Source: Minisyncoccota bacterium (GTDB lineage Bacteria; Patescibacteriota; Minisyncoccia; Phycocordibacterales; UBA918). Taken from it: a DNA stretch of 64,000 nt. Both the position numbers and the translations under genes were made by a program. The stretch covers positions 105,279-169,278 of the forward strand of contig JAWKSP010000002.1 of NCBI GenBank assembly GCA_041389025.1. Direction: 5' to 3'. Below the pieces are notes generated by a model, which saw only the letters and a list, made by a program, of their open reading frames with translations, was not told the DNA's origin and did no database searches. This document shows, in pieces, positions 29,331 to 37,773 of this stretch (the first letter of the stretch is position 1; each line of letters begins with the position of its first letter).

Positions 29331-30812
29331 TTAGTTAATTGGGCAATCTGCCAAACCAGCTAAAATATTTTCAAGATCAGAAAACTCAGCGGCTGTAAAG
29401 TAATGAGCTGGTGAAGTAGCAATACCTTCTAGGAAAGTATTATTTACTCCATCACCAATACCAACTACGTATATAGTAGTACCGGCAGCTTTAGCGGCGT
29501 TAGCAGCTATTACAGCTGTTCCTTCGTCATCTGGTACACCATCAGTCATGATAAGCATAAAATCCGGTGCTTCTAAGACATCATCCCGGTCGCGTACACC
29601 AGAAAGCTCGGTTGATGCTAGACTAATACCAGCAGCTAGATTGGTAGTACCCCCTGAAGACAAGGCGTCAATAGCGGTATTGATATCAGCTAACACGTCA
29701 GTCAATTGTGAGTTTAAGGTAGCACCAAAATCAAAGTCCACCACACCAATGTGGTTGCCAGGGGTAGCTGGGGCTAATGCAGAAGCAAAAGCTTTCGCTG
29801 CAGTAGACATAACCCCTAACTCAGCAGGACTAATGCTACCTGATGAGTCAAGTACAAACACTACGTCATTTTCTTCGTTACAAGCCAATCCTCCATCTCG
29901 CTCATCACAAACAAAGTTTGGATTATTTCGAGCTTGTTCAACTCGAAAAGCAATATCAGCTGTCATACTGTCTGTTTGAGCTTCGTTCTTCATAGTTGAG
30001 CCATCACAAGTAACAGTTCCTTCAATTGAGGCGTCGATAGTACCAGCACACCAAGCTAACCCAATATACTGTGTAGTAGCCCCAGGGAAAGGAGTACCAG
30101 TAGTTGAATCTGCCAAAGTATAAGTTCGTCCACCAAGTACATCACTAGCTGGCCCAGAAACATTTGAGAATAGTTTTGGTTCTCCAGTCTCCCAAATATT
30201 GTCTCCATCATCAGCCCACGCAAAGAAAGTCATATTTTGAGCCAACTCTCCATCAAAATCATCGTTATTGTCCTCCGCCACGTCACCACTTTCAAGTTCC
30301 GGCTCAGTTGAAGAGACATCATCATTTTTAGTAATATCTACATCAACACACATCCATGCATCGTTATTTTCAACGTGTAATGAAATAGTGTTTTCACCGT
30401 TATCACCTGGTTTAACATCTTCAAAATCAAAGAAAGTATGAACTCCATCTTCAAGATCAGTCAAAGACCAAGTTCCAGCACAAGCATCACCAGCTTGTGG
30501 GACGTTAGCTGGGTTGGCAGTGTTGTAAGCAGTGTTGGCTGTGTCAATATCTTCACCATCTTTTAGTGCCAAATGAGCTGGTGTATCACCTTCTTCTGGC
30601 ACCCATTCAATAATATCTTCATCAGTCCAAGCACCATCAAAACAAACCAAACCATTGATATGCGCTACGCTGTCAACTTTTAGATCTAAAGCACCGGCGG
30701 TAAAGACGTTACCGGTAGAAGTCTCGGTGTCAGAGAAGAAAGCTCCAGTACCAGAAGCGACCAAAGCGACCGCAAATACGATCATTCCTAGACTTGTAAC
30801 AATTTTTTTCAT
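29331..30812 (-). CDS. TasA-like SipW-dependent protein with C-terminal vWA domain
   Basis: GTGA|FFSDTETSTGNVFTAGALDL; DVVFVLDSSGS MIDAS motif, GGTTN, MTDG. Confidence 0.9.
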   Translation of the reverse strand: MKKIVTSLGMIVFAVALVASGTGAFFSDTETSTGNVFTAGALDLKVDSVAHINGLVCFDGAWTDEDIIEWVPEEGDTPAHLALKDGEDIDTANTAYNTANPANVPQAGDACAGTWSLTDLEDGVHTFFDFEDVKPGDNGENTISLHVENNDAWMCVDVDITKNDDVSSTEPELESGDVAEDNNDDFDGELAQNMTFFAWADDGDNIWETGEPKLFSNVSGPASDVLGGRTYTLADSTTGTPFPGATTQYIGLAWCAGTIDASIEGTVTCDGSTMKNEAQTDSMTADIAFRVEQARNNPNFVCDERDGGLACNEENDVVFVLDSSGSISPAELGVMSTAAKAFASALAPATPGNHIGVVDFDFGATLNSQLTDVLADINTAIDALSSGGTTNLAAGISLASTELSGVRDRDDVLEAPDFMLIMTDGVPDDEGTAVIAANAAKAAGTTIYVVGIGDGVNNTFLEGIATSPAHYFTAAEFSDLENILAGLADCPIN

Positions 30813-30813
30813 A
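30694..30813. repeat. 120-bp direct repeat, copy 1 (5' end of vWA subunit gene)
   Basis: Matches 32454-32573 with one mismatch; offset 1760 bp. Confidence 0.95.
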
Positions 30814-30858
30814 GCTATTTATTATTTGTAAAGTAATTAATTTTTTACTAAATATCAT

Positions 30859-30921
30859 GCTGTCCCCTCCAGCCCGCCAAATTCCAGCCACCAGACTGAA
30901 ATTCGGAACGGCTGAGTAGGA
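30859..30921 (-). ncRNA. Intergenic structured RNA motif, copy A
   Basis: AGCC-GTT-CCGAATTTCAGTC-tggt-GGCTGGAATTTGG-CG-GGCTG..GGGGACAGC; G-U pairs form only on the minus strand. Confidence 0.55.
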
Positions 30922-30922
30922 T

Positions 30923-32572
30923 TTAGTTGTGCGGAAAAGCACTCACTTCTTCAGGTATAAAGTCAACCTCGTCTGTGCCACCAGTTTGAGCAGCTCCACC
31001 ATTTGGACCCCAGAAGTTGTTAATAGCGTTAACATTTCCTGCTAAGGCGCCATAGGTATTTAACATTGTTCCATCCAAGAAATTATTGAACTGCACAGTG
31101 GCTGGATTCGCATCGTGTGTCGAATCTGCCCCAACAGCTTCTGAACCAGGTACTGTATGTTCAAATTCATTGTATTGAACAGTTACTCCATTAAGTCCAC
31201 CAATACCGGCAGTGTTACCGTCGATGTCGTTATACTCGATTACAATAGTTCCAGTGTGTGGATTGGTGTAAATACCAGTTGTTAAATCGTGAATATGATT
31301 TCTAACAATATCTACATTTGAATAGGTAGCAGCGGTTACTGTCTCAACTCCACGTGAACTAGCCTCACTTAAACCATCAATGTCGTTGTAAGAGACTTCA
31401 ACGTTACTTAAATCACCATTAAGGTAAACAGCAGCGTTGGTTCCCAAGAAAGAACCTGGATTAATCACAAAACCAGTAAGTGTCACATCATCTGCCTCAA
31501 TAATCACACCGTTCTGGATGGTAGCTGTATTAGTCGGGCCATTCACAGAAGCTAGGGTTAACGGTTTATCAATAGTCACTGTTTCATCATAGCTACCGTC
31601 CCCAACACAAACAACGTCACTTGGTGTAGCACTATTAACCGCATCTTGAATTGACTGACTATCATCAGCTACCGTAACGTCACAACTTGGTGCCACATAG
31701 TCAGACAAGGATGCTCCTACCAGTTGACGTGGCTCTTGCCCTCCATCAAGTGGTGGTAAAGAAGCACATCTAAACGCATCGTTGTGACGAGCTTGCACCG
31801 CATGGAAAGCTACATCAACTTCGATACCATCGGTTTGAGCATCATTATGGTCGCCTTGCGCGCCAGTACAAGCAAATCCGGTATTATCAACAGTCGGTGC
31901 CCCATAATCATCTTGAGGCACTGCATCAGGTGAAATATCACCAAAACACCATCCTTTTCCAATGTAAGCGGTTTCTCCACCAGAGAACGGTTCGTCACCT
32001 GACTCAGCCAAAGCTAGCCAGTTACCTGTAAAGATTTCACTTGAAAGACCACTTAAAGCGTCGATGATTTTTTCATCATCTTCCAAGACATTGTCTCCGT
32101 CATCGTGCCAGAAAAGGAAAGAAAGATAATTTTGCAGCTCTCCTTCGTCAGCGCCGGCTGTGTTATCAACGTCCACTTCTGGCTCAGTCTGATCATTTTC
32201 CGGCGTTCCGGTCAAGTCAAACGCCATACAGGCATAAGCGTCATTGTCGTTCACATGCAAGGAGATAGTATCTTCACCATAATCCCCCGGTTTTAAATCA
32301 CGGAAGTTAAAGAAGAGCTGATCCGTCAAATCAGACAACTCCCACGAATTACTGTCGTTTGGTCCCCATACACCAGTCGCCTGATCTAGCGGGATAGCTG
32401 GGTTATTCCAATCAAACCCATAGCTGGAATTATCAATCAAAAGATCAATAGCTCCGGCGGTAAAGACGTTACCGGCAGAAGTCTCGGTGTCAGAGAAGAA
32501 AGCTCCAGTACCAGAAGCGACCAAAGCGACCGCAAATACGATCATTCCTAGACTTGTAACAATTTTTTTCAT
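30923..32572 (-). CDS. TasA-like SipW-dependent protein with C-terminal right-handed beta-helix
   Basis: Same signal peptide and core; SIQDAVN...GSYDETVTIDKPLTL and repeated N.I motifs; NNFWG. Confidence 0.88.
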   Translation of the reverse strand: MKKIVTSLGMIVFAVALVASGTGAFFSDTETSAGNVFTAGAIDLLIDNSSYGFDWNNPAIPLDQATGVWGPNDSNSWELSDLTDQLFFNFRDLKPGDYGEDTISLHVNDNDAYACMAFDLTGTPENDQTEPEVDVDNTAGADEGELQNYLSFLFWHDDGDNVLEDDEKIIDALSGLSSEIFTGNWLALAESGDEPFSGGETAYIGKGWCFGDISPDAVPQDDYGAPTVDNTGFACTGAQGDHNDAQTDGIEVDVAFHAVQARHNDAFRCASLPPLDGGQEPRQLVGASLSDYVAPSCDVTVADDSQSIQDAVNSATPSDVVCVGDGSYDETVTIDKPLTLASVNGPTNTATIQNGVIIEADDVTLTGFVINPGSFLGTNAAVYLNGDLSNVEVSYNDIDGLSEASSRGVETVTAATYSNVDIVRNHIHDLTTGIYTNPHTGTIVIEYNDIDGNTAGIGGLNGVTVQYNEFEHTVPGSEAVGADSTHDANPATVQFNNFLDGTMLNTYGALAGNVNAINNFWGPNGGAAQTGGTDEVDFIPEEVSAFPHN

Positions 32573-32573
32573 A
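32454..32573. repeat. 120-bp direct repeat, copy 2
   Basis: Matches 30694-30813 with one mismatch. Confidence 0.95.
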
Positions 32574-32759
32574 ACTAAGATTTTGTTATTAATTATTTAA
32601 TTAAGTTTATAAATTCACCACGAATTTTGTTAAAAACGCTGGAGACAAAACCAACCATTAAACGTTTTGTCACCCATAAGGAATAGTGTAAACCGTCTGA
32701 CACAAAGCTTTAAATCGTTCAATAGTTACCTGAAGCAACTAAAAACTTGACAGTCTTTT

Positions 32760-32878
32760 TGTGGAAAACTTTTAATTAAATTGCTAGAAATAAAAATACT
32801 TTAAAAAATAAACCTGTTGATAAAGTGTAGATAAACTATGCATAACCTCTGTATAAAGTGTGGATTTCGGGTTAATAA
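32760..32878 (-). promoter_or_regulatory. DnaA-box-like array with 11-bp period
   Basis: 9-mers resembling TTWTNCACA start at 32815, 32826, 32837, 32848, 32859 and (weakly) 32870; consensus match at 32760. Confidence 0.55.
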
Positions 32879-32960
32879 AATGTTTATTGTAAAAATACGA
32901 CACAATTTTGTAGAGAAGTAAATAATTTTTTTGGTTTTTTTGAGTAATTTGACTTGAAAA

Positions 32961-33017
32961 GCGTGGCGCCGTAGGCGCCACGCAAAAAAAACCGATTGAG
33001 CACAAAACTCAATCGGT
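32961..33017. terminator. Two adjacent hairpins
   Basis: gcgtggcgcc-gta-ggcgccacgc and accgattgag...ctcaatcggt. Confidence 0.65.
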
Positions 33018-33046
33018 GTTATCTTAATATCATAATTTAATCCTTT

Positions 33047-33424
33047 TTACTTCCCTCTTTTCCCTCTCAACCACAATGCAAAGCAAAGTAATGGAAACAC
33101 GTTGTCATTATCTTTAAACTCATCGTTAAAAGAAGTAACCTTGTTGATCCAGCTTTTAATGTTTTCACTACTTAAGATATCCTTACTGGACAATATATCC
33201 TTAAACTCATCAAGTAATATCAATACAGTAAGGTTAGCCCCTGAGGCTTTCTCTTCAATTTCTACTTTATGAAACTTATCGGCAATAAAGTTTATATCCC
33301 GATAGAACCATTCCATAAAGTTAGGTTCATTAATACGTGGATGATTTTTTTTATCGGTATTTAAAAATTTATTGCGCAAATTTGTAAAGAACTCTGTAAT
33401 TGGACTTTGTTTTATAGATTCCAT
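33047..33424 (-). CDS. Hypothetical protein (ORFan-like)
   Basis: Strong SD ggagggtggag; TTGACA upstream. Confidence 0.6.
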   Translation of the reverse strand: MESIKQSPITEFFTNLRNKFLNTDKKNHPRINEPNFMEWFYRDINFIADKFHKVEIEEKASGANLTVLILLDEFKDILSSKDILSSENIKSWINKVTSFNDEFKDNDNVFPLLCFALWLRGKRGK

Positions 33425-33612
33425 TTCTCCACCCTCCTCAAAAAAGTTTTATCATGAAATCAATAATATTTAAGCAGACAAACTACAGACCTGTCAACTT
33501 TTTTAATACTTTAATTTGACTTTTTGCATAAAAATGTAATAATTTTAATTGGAATAAAGTAGTTTCCAAATTAATCTTTACATATGCTCATATTAACAAA
33601 AGAGGCTATGAA

Positions 33613-33987
33613 ATGAGACAAATAATTTGTAGAGTCAACAACGGATTTCATTACGTTTTAAGAAGAGGACTCAGAGAAGACGAAAAAGTGCTGAAAAGAC
33701 AAGGTGTTTTTAAGGACAGCACAGAAAACAGATCCTTAACAGAATCTGAAACCAAGAAGGTTTTAGAAGTTTTTAAGAATAAAGCTGATTTAATCGGTAG
33801 AGATTGGTTAAATAATCCAGCGAAACGAGGAGTAATAAAATTAGTATACCTATTGAGAAATGGATGCGAAGTTATCATAAGAGTAACCAATAAAGAGACA
33901 AAAAAGACAGAGCAATTCTCAATAATATTTGGAATAAGAGAGTCAAAACTGAGTACTTTTAGTCCAACAAATCCAATTAATTACTAA
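33613..33987 (+). CDS. Hypothetical basic protein (ORFan-like)
   Basis: SD agagg; bidirectional hairpin at 34002-34041. Confidence 0.6.
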   Translation: MRQIICRVNNGFHYVLRRGLREDEKVLKRQGVFKDSTENRSLTESETKKVLEVFKNKADLIGRDWLNNPAKRGVIKLVYLLRNGCEVIIRVTNKETKKTEQFSIIFGIRESKLSTFSPTNPINY

Positions 33988-34042
33988 ATAAACCAACTGA
34001 AAAAAGCCGGTAGCGTATTTAAAACTACGCTACCGGCTTTTA

Positions 34043-34408
34043 TTACATCGGCACAAGGTTTCTCTTATCAACCATTATCGACTCTGGCCAAAATAATGTA
34101 TTGTTTCCACCTCTACTACAAATATTTATGTCAGAACTTCCGTTGCCCTGATCTACAAATTTCATAATGTCATTCCATGAACGATCGGATTTTATGTTAA
34201 TTCTATTACCGTTTACAGTAACAATAATCGAGACACCCTCTTTTTCTCCAAGGGCTATACCGAGAAGCTTTGCTTCCACACATTTCTCAGCTAGACCCAT
34301 ACTTGCCCACAGGTCAGTTAAAAAATCGGATTCTTTATAAGTACTTATACTTATACCAAAAACAGTGAGTAGAAGGACCAATAACGCAATGTATTTATAA
34401 GAATTCAC
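34043..34408 (-). CDS. Hypothetical membrane-anchored protein (ORFan-like)
   Basis: SD aaaggagg precedes GTG at 34408; N-terminal TM. Confidence 0.6.
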   Translation of the reverse strand: MNSYKYIALLVLLLTVFGISISTYKESDFLTDLWASMGLAEKCVEAKLLGIALGEKEGVSIIVTVNGNRINIKSDRSWNDIMKFVDQGNGSSDINICSRGGNNTLFWPESIMVDKRNLVPM

Positions 34409-34512
34409 AACACAACCTCCTTTCAAAGTAAAAACAAAAAAACTATTTCCTAGAAGTAAATCATAAAAAATGTTTTTGTAAATAGTTAAAGGCCTAGTTT
34501 GTAGCTAGGCCG

Positions 34513-34860
34513 TTATTTGTTTTCCTCCTTTGTTTTATATTTTTTATCCAAATGTAATACAAGACCTCTATCACCAGAACATATTATGATTTTATTATTA
34601 ACATAAATATTAAAATCATCGCCTTCACTTACAAAACTTAGATTGATTATGTCAGGTCTATGTATACATGCAAAGTACCAACCATCACCGCCCATAACGT
34701 AAAAAGAATGATCATATTCTTCTTCGCTGACAACAAGCCTTGTATTTGGTGGCATTTTTATGCTACATGATAATTCAATTCCTGATTGTCTGAAACACCT
34801 TTCTTCTTCTATAATAATTTTTGGTAAATCAGATTCAAAATACGTATCTATAATTCCCAC
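34513..34860 (-). CDS. Hypothetical protein, possibly cupin-like
   Basis: SD ggagga; HSFYVMGGDG resembles a cupin strand; hairpin at 34491-34511. Confidence 0.55.
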   Translation of the reverse strand: MGIIDTYFESDLPKIIIEEERCFRQSGIELSCSIKMPPNTRLVVSEEEYDHSFYVMGGDGWYFACIHRPDIINLSFVSEGDDFNIYVNNKIIICSGDRGLVLHLDKKYKTKEENK

Positions 34861-34994
34861 TAAATTCCTCCAAAATCTTTTATTTGTACTAATTTAGTAT
34901 TTTTTATACCATATTTATAGTCTTTTTCAAGAGTCTTTGTGTGTGATTAATTAAAGCCGTCGCGGAGTGACGGCTTTAACCTTTCTATTTTTAC

Positions 34995-35141
34995 TTACTC
35001 TATCTCTTTTTCCCAAGAAAATTCAAGCGGCTCAAATGAATTTGCATTTACAGAACTAACTTTACTTTGTAGCCAACTGTTAATATTAAAAAGAATAACT
35101 ATCAAAATAATTAACACCACATAAAATTTCACAGACTTCAT
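34995..35141 (-). CDS. 48-aa single-TM small protein
   Basis: TTGCTT-17-TATAGA promoter, SD gaggtg, MKSVKFYVVLIILIVILFNINSWLQSK...; hairpin at 34951-34979. Confidence 0.55.
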   Translation of the reverse strand: MKSVKFYVVLIILIVILFNINSWLQSKVSSVNANSFEPLEFSWEKEIE

Positions 35142-35255
35142 CTCACACCTCTTTTAACAAAAAACTAATATTCTTATTGAGTCTATAACACATAATTCTA
35201 TAATAAGCAATATTAAAAGCGTGACAAACCATTGCCACGCTTTCATCCATCTTTG

Positions 35256-35333
35256 TTAAAAGAAAACATTATAAACAGTTATAGCTAATACACCACCAAC
35301 TATAACAAAAAATACTACCCACTTAGTAGACAT
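35256..35333 (-). CDS. 25-aa hydrophobic peptide
   Basis: TGCTATAAT, SD aagga, MSTKWVVFFVIVGGVLAITVYNVFF; hairpin at 35216-35243. Confidence 0.45.
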   Translation of the reverse strand: MSTKWVVFFVIVGGVLAITVYNVFF

Positions 35334-35398
35334 AAAATAGTTCCTTTTGACCAAATTAATCGAATGAAAAAACAACCTTCACTTATTATAGCATTTAA

Positions 35399-35809
35399 CT
35401 AGAGTGCTGATGAGTCTTCTTGATATAAACCAAATGTATTACCCTCAGGATCCTTAGCGTATGCTAGCCAAGCAGTATTTGGGATAGCCATTTTAGCTAC
35501 TGCTACCGTACCACCAGTTGACTTTACCCTTTCTAAATATTCATCTATATTTTCCACCGAAATAGTACACACAAAAGACGATACCGGAACCCCTTCCTGT
35601 GGAAGCTCACCACGACGCACTACCATACCACCATTTATTCCAGGCTCTTTACTATCTTCAGGAGCTGTTAAAACAAACCAATAACGGTTCTCTTCACTCA
35701 CCCCTGGCATTTCCCACTCTTTTATTTCCCAACCAAATACCTCGCTGTAAAAAGTACCAATTTTTTCTGGATCAGAAGCATGGATTTCAAAATGTACAAC
35801 ACGATTCAT
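35399..35809 (-). CDS. VOC/glyoxalase-family protein
   Basis: VVHFEI...FYSEVFGW...KDPEGNTFGL. Confidence 0.9.
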   Translation of the reverse strand: MNRVVHFEIHASDPEKIGTFYSEVFGWEIKEWEMPGVSEENRYWFVLTAPEDSKEPGINGGMVVRRGELPQEGVPVSSFVCTISVENIDEYLERVKSTGGTVAVAKMAIPNTAWLAYAKDPEGNTFGLYQEDSSAL

Positions 35810-35978
35810 ATTTTTTAATTATATAAAGTTGATTTAATAAACTTATATTAAGTTTAACATAGACAGCCAGCATATAAAGGTATTTTTACATAAAATTAAA
35901 ACAACTGACCAAGCTTAACAGCTTGGTTTTTTAATATTCCTTAGATTATATGGTGTTTTACCCATCTTTTTCACTCTG

Positions 35979-36065
35979 CGGAGAGAGGGGGATTCGAACC
36001 CCCGAAGGGCGTAAACCCTTACACGCTTTCCAAGCGTGCGCCTTAAACCGCTCAGCCATCTCTCC
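35979..36065 (-). tRNA. tRNA-Ser(GGA)
   Basis: GGAGAGA acceptor stem, anticodon loop TT-GGA-AA, long variable arm, GGTTCGAATCC; CCA not encoded. Confidence 0.97.
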
Positions 36066-36237
36066 AATTTTTATTTTTGATTCCTCAAAAGACGAAAGTA
36101 TATTAGCATATGGTTTAACAGCTTCATAATTTAGAATTTACATATATTATTAATTAGCCTAGGTGCCCTTTTTACCATTGTAAAATTTTAATTTAATGGT
36201 ATATTTTGAATCAGCTCTTTACACAAGGAACAAAATA

Positions 36238-36783
36238 ATGGATATAAATATGATTGGTTATTTGCAAGCAATCAAACAAATTGACCATATTGGTTTTTGT
36301 ACTTTAGTAGAATTTTTAGACTATTATGAAATTCAATATGATGCTAAAAGTCTTGATAAGCTAAAACGGGCGAAGTTTAAACTTAAAACTCTGGAAAAAT
36401 TAAAAGACACTCATCTTTTAATTCCAGTATTTCAGATTTCAGTTTTAAACTTAGCCCAGTTAACTAACTGTACACTTGATTTCTCCAACAATGAAAAAGG
36501 TGGTTTAATAAAAAGAGAACCGTTTATCTGTGACGGTTATACTACTAATTGGTTTTTTATCAGTAAAAAGCTTTTAACGGATCCAATTTATCAAGCCAAA
36601 ATTTTACCTTTACGAATTATATTGTTTACACTACTCATACTTGACTATGCTGGTGTAAAAAAATTTGAAATATGTAAGAAAAAAATTGAACTTCCAGAGG
36701 TTGCATGTATTGAAAGAATGAATGGTAAGCTTACAATTTCATCGTATACCGGAAGTAAAACGACTGCCCCAGAAATTATTTAA
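36238..36783 (+). CDS. Hypothetical protein (ORFan-like)
   Basis: TGGTATATT, SD aagga before ATG 36238; hairpin at 36797-36828. Confidence 0.6.
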   Translation: MDINMIGYLQAIKQIDHIGFCTLVEFLDYYEIQYDAKSLDKLKRAKFKLKTLEKLKDTHLLIPVFQISVLNLAQLTNCTLDFSNNEKGGLIKREPFICDGYTTNWFFISKKLLTDPIYQAKILPLRIILFTLLILDYAGVKKFEICKKKIELPEVACIERMNGKLTISSYTGSKTTAPEII

Positions 36784-36842
36784 GCTATTAGCTTTAAACG
36801 GCGTCAATTCTTATGAATTGACGCCGTTACTTATTATATTTT

Positions 36843-37742
36843 CTATTTATCCATCTGTCTCAACAGTCTAATTCTATCTTCAGCTGGTGGGTGAGTAGCA
36901 AATAACCTGCTTATTTTTTGACCAAATGAGACTTTTCCCTCTTCCTTTCCAAACGGATTTGAGATAAACAAATGTGCAGTAGCATGAGACGCTTTTTTCA
37001 TTGGTCTAGCGTGAGCTGATATTTTTTCTAGAGCTGAAGCTAAGCCTTCCGGATAACGTGTAAGTAGTGCGCCCGAAGCATCAGCCAAGTATTCACGTTT
37101 TCTAGAAATGGCCATTTGAATCAAATTGGCGGCAATTGGCGCCAAAATAATACCGACTATTCCAATAATAAGAAACGCTGGATGACGATCACGATTTCCT
37201 CCACCATACATTAAAGTACGAGCAAAAAAATCCGCCAGAATAGCCACAAATCCAGCCAGAACCACCGCCACCGTCATTACTAACATGTCTCTATTACCAA
37301 CGTGAGACAACTCATGCGCCATCACTCCTTCAAGCTCATTTCTATCTAATATCTCTAAAAGACCAGTGGTAGCAGCTACTACTGCATGCTCAGGGTCTCG
37401 TCCGGTAGCAAAAGCGTTTGGCACCGAATCATTTACTATATATAGTTTTGGCATTGGTAAACCAGCAGTAATAGAAAGATTTTCCACTATATTGTATAGC
37501 TCCGGTGCTTCAGCTTTAGACACCGGCTTGGCATTAGTCATTTTCAATACCAATTTATCTGAAAACCAATAACTACCTATGTTCATTACCATTGCAAAAA
37601 TTATTGCTATGTAAAGTATAATCGGTGAATCCATATACCAGCTAATACCGTAACCGATAGCAATAACCACCACCAAAAAGACAGTCATTAGAAGCCATGT
37701 CTTTCTAACGTTTGCGTCTTGTTGAGTGTATAAAGTTGACAT
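36843..37742 (-). CDS. htpX: M48 zinc metalloprotease HtpX
   Basis: PNAFATG, HELSH, SRKREYLAD, THPP. Confidence 0.95.
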   Translation of the reverse strand: MSTLYTQQDANVRKTWLLMTVFLVVVIAIGYGISWYMDSPIILYIAIIFAMVMNIGSYWFSDKLVLKMTNAKPVSKAEAPELYNIVENLSITAGLPMPKLYIVNDSVPNAFATGRDPEHAVVAATTGLLEILDRNELEGVMAHELSHVGNRDMLVMTVAVVLAGFVAILADFFARTLMYGGGNRDRHPAFLIIGIVGIILAPIAANLIQMAISRKREYLADASGALLTRYPEGLASALEKISAHARPMKKASHATAHLFISNPFGKEEGKVSFGQKISRLFATHPPAEDRIRLLRQMDK

Positions 37743-37773
37743 AATTAATGATTATACACTTAATTTAGAAAAA

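Noticed and set aside
29257-30921. Integron attC sites
   Set aside because: No RYYYAAC...GTTRRRY arrangement after the genes and no integrase; G-U pairing favours an RNA structure
30694-32573. Diversity-generating retroelement TR/VR pair
   Set aside because: Only one mismatch, the repeat lies at gene 5' ends, and there is no reverse transcriptase in the window; the 112-bp repeat mismatches are not adenine-specific either
32760-32960. Chromosomal oriC
   Set aside because: No dnaA or dnaN nearby and no visible switch in gene orientation or strand bias; kept only as a box array
32784-33005. 73-aa minus-strand ORF
   Set aside because: Overlaps hairpins and the box array, has no SD, and its composition looks non-coding
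33047-35979. Prophage or integrative element at tRNA-Ser
   Set aside because: No integrase, phage genes or duplicated tRNA 3' end found
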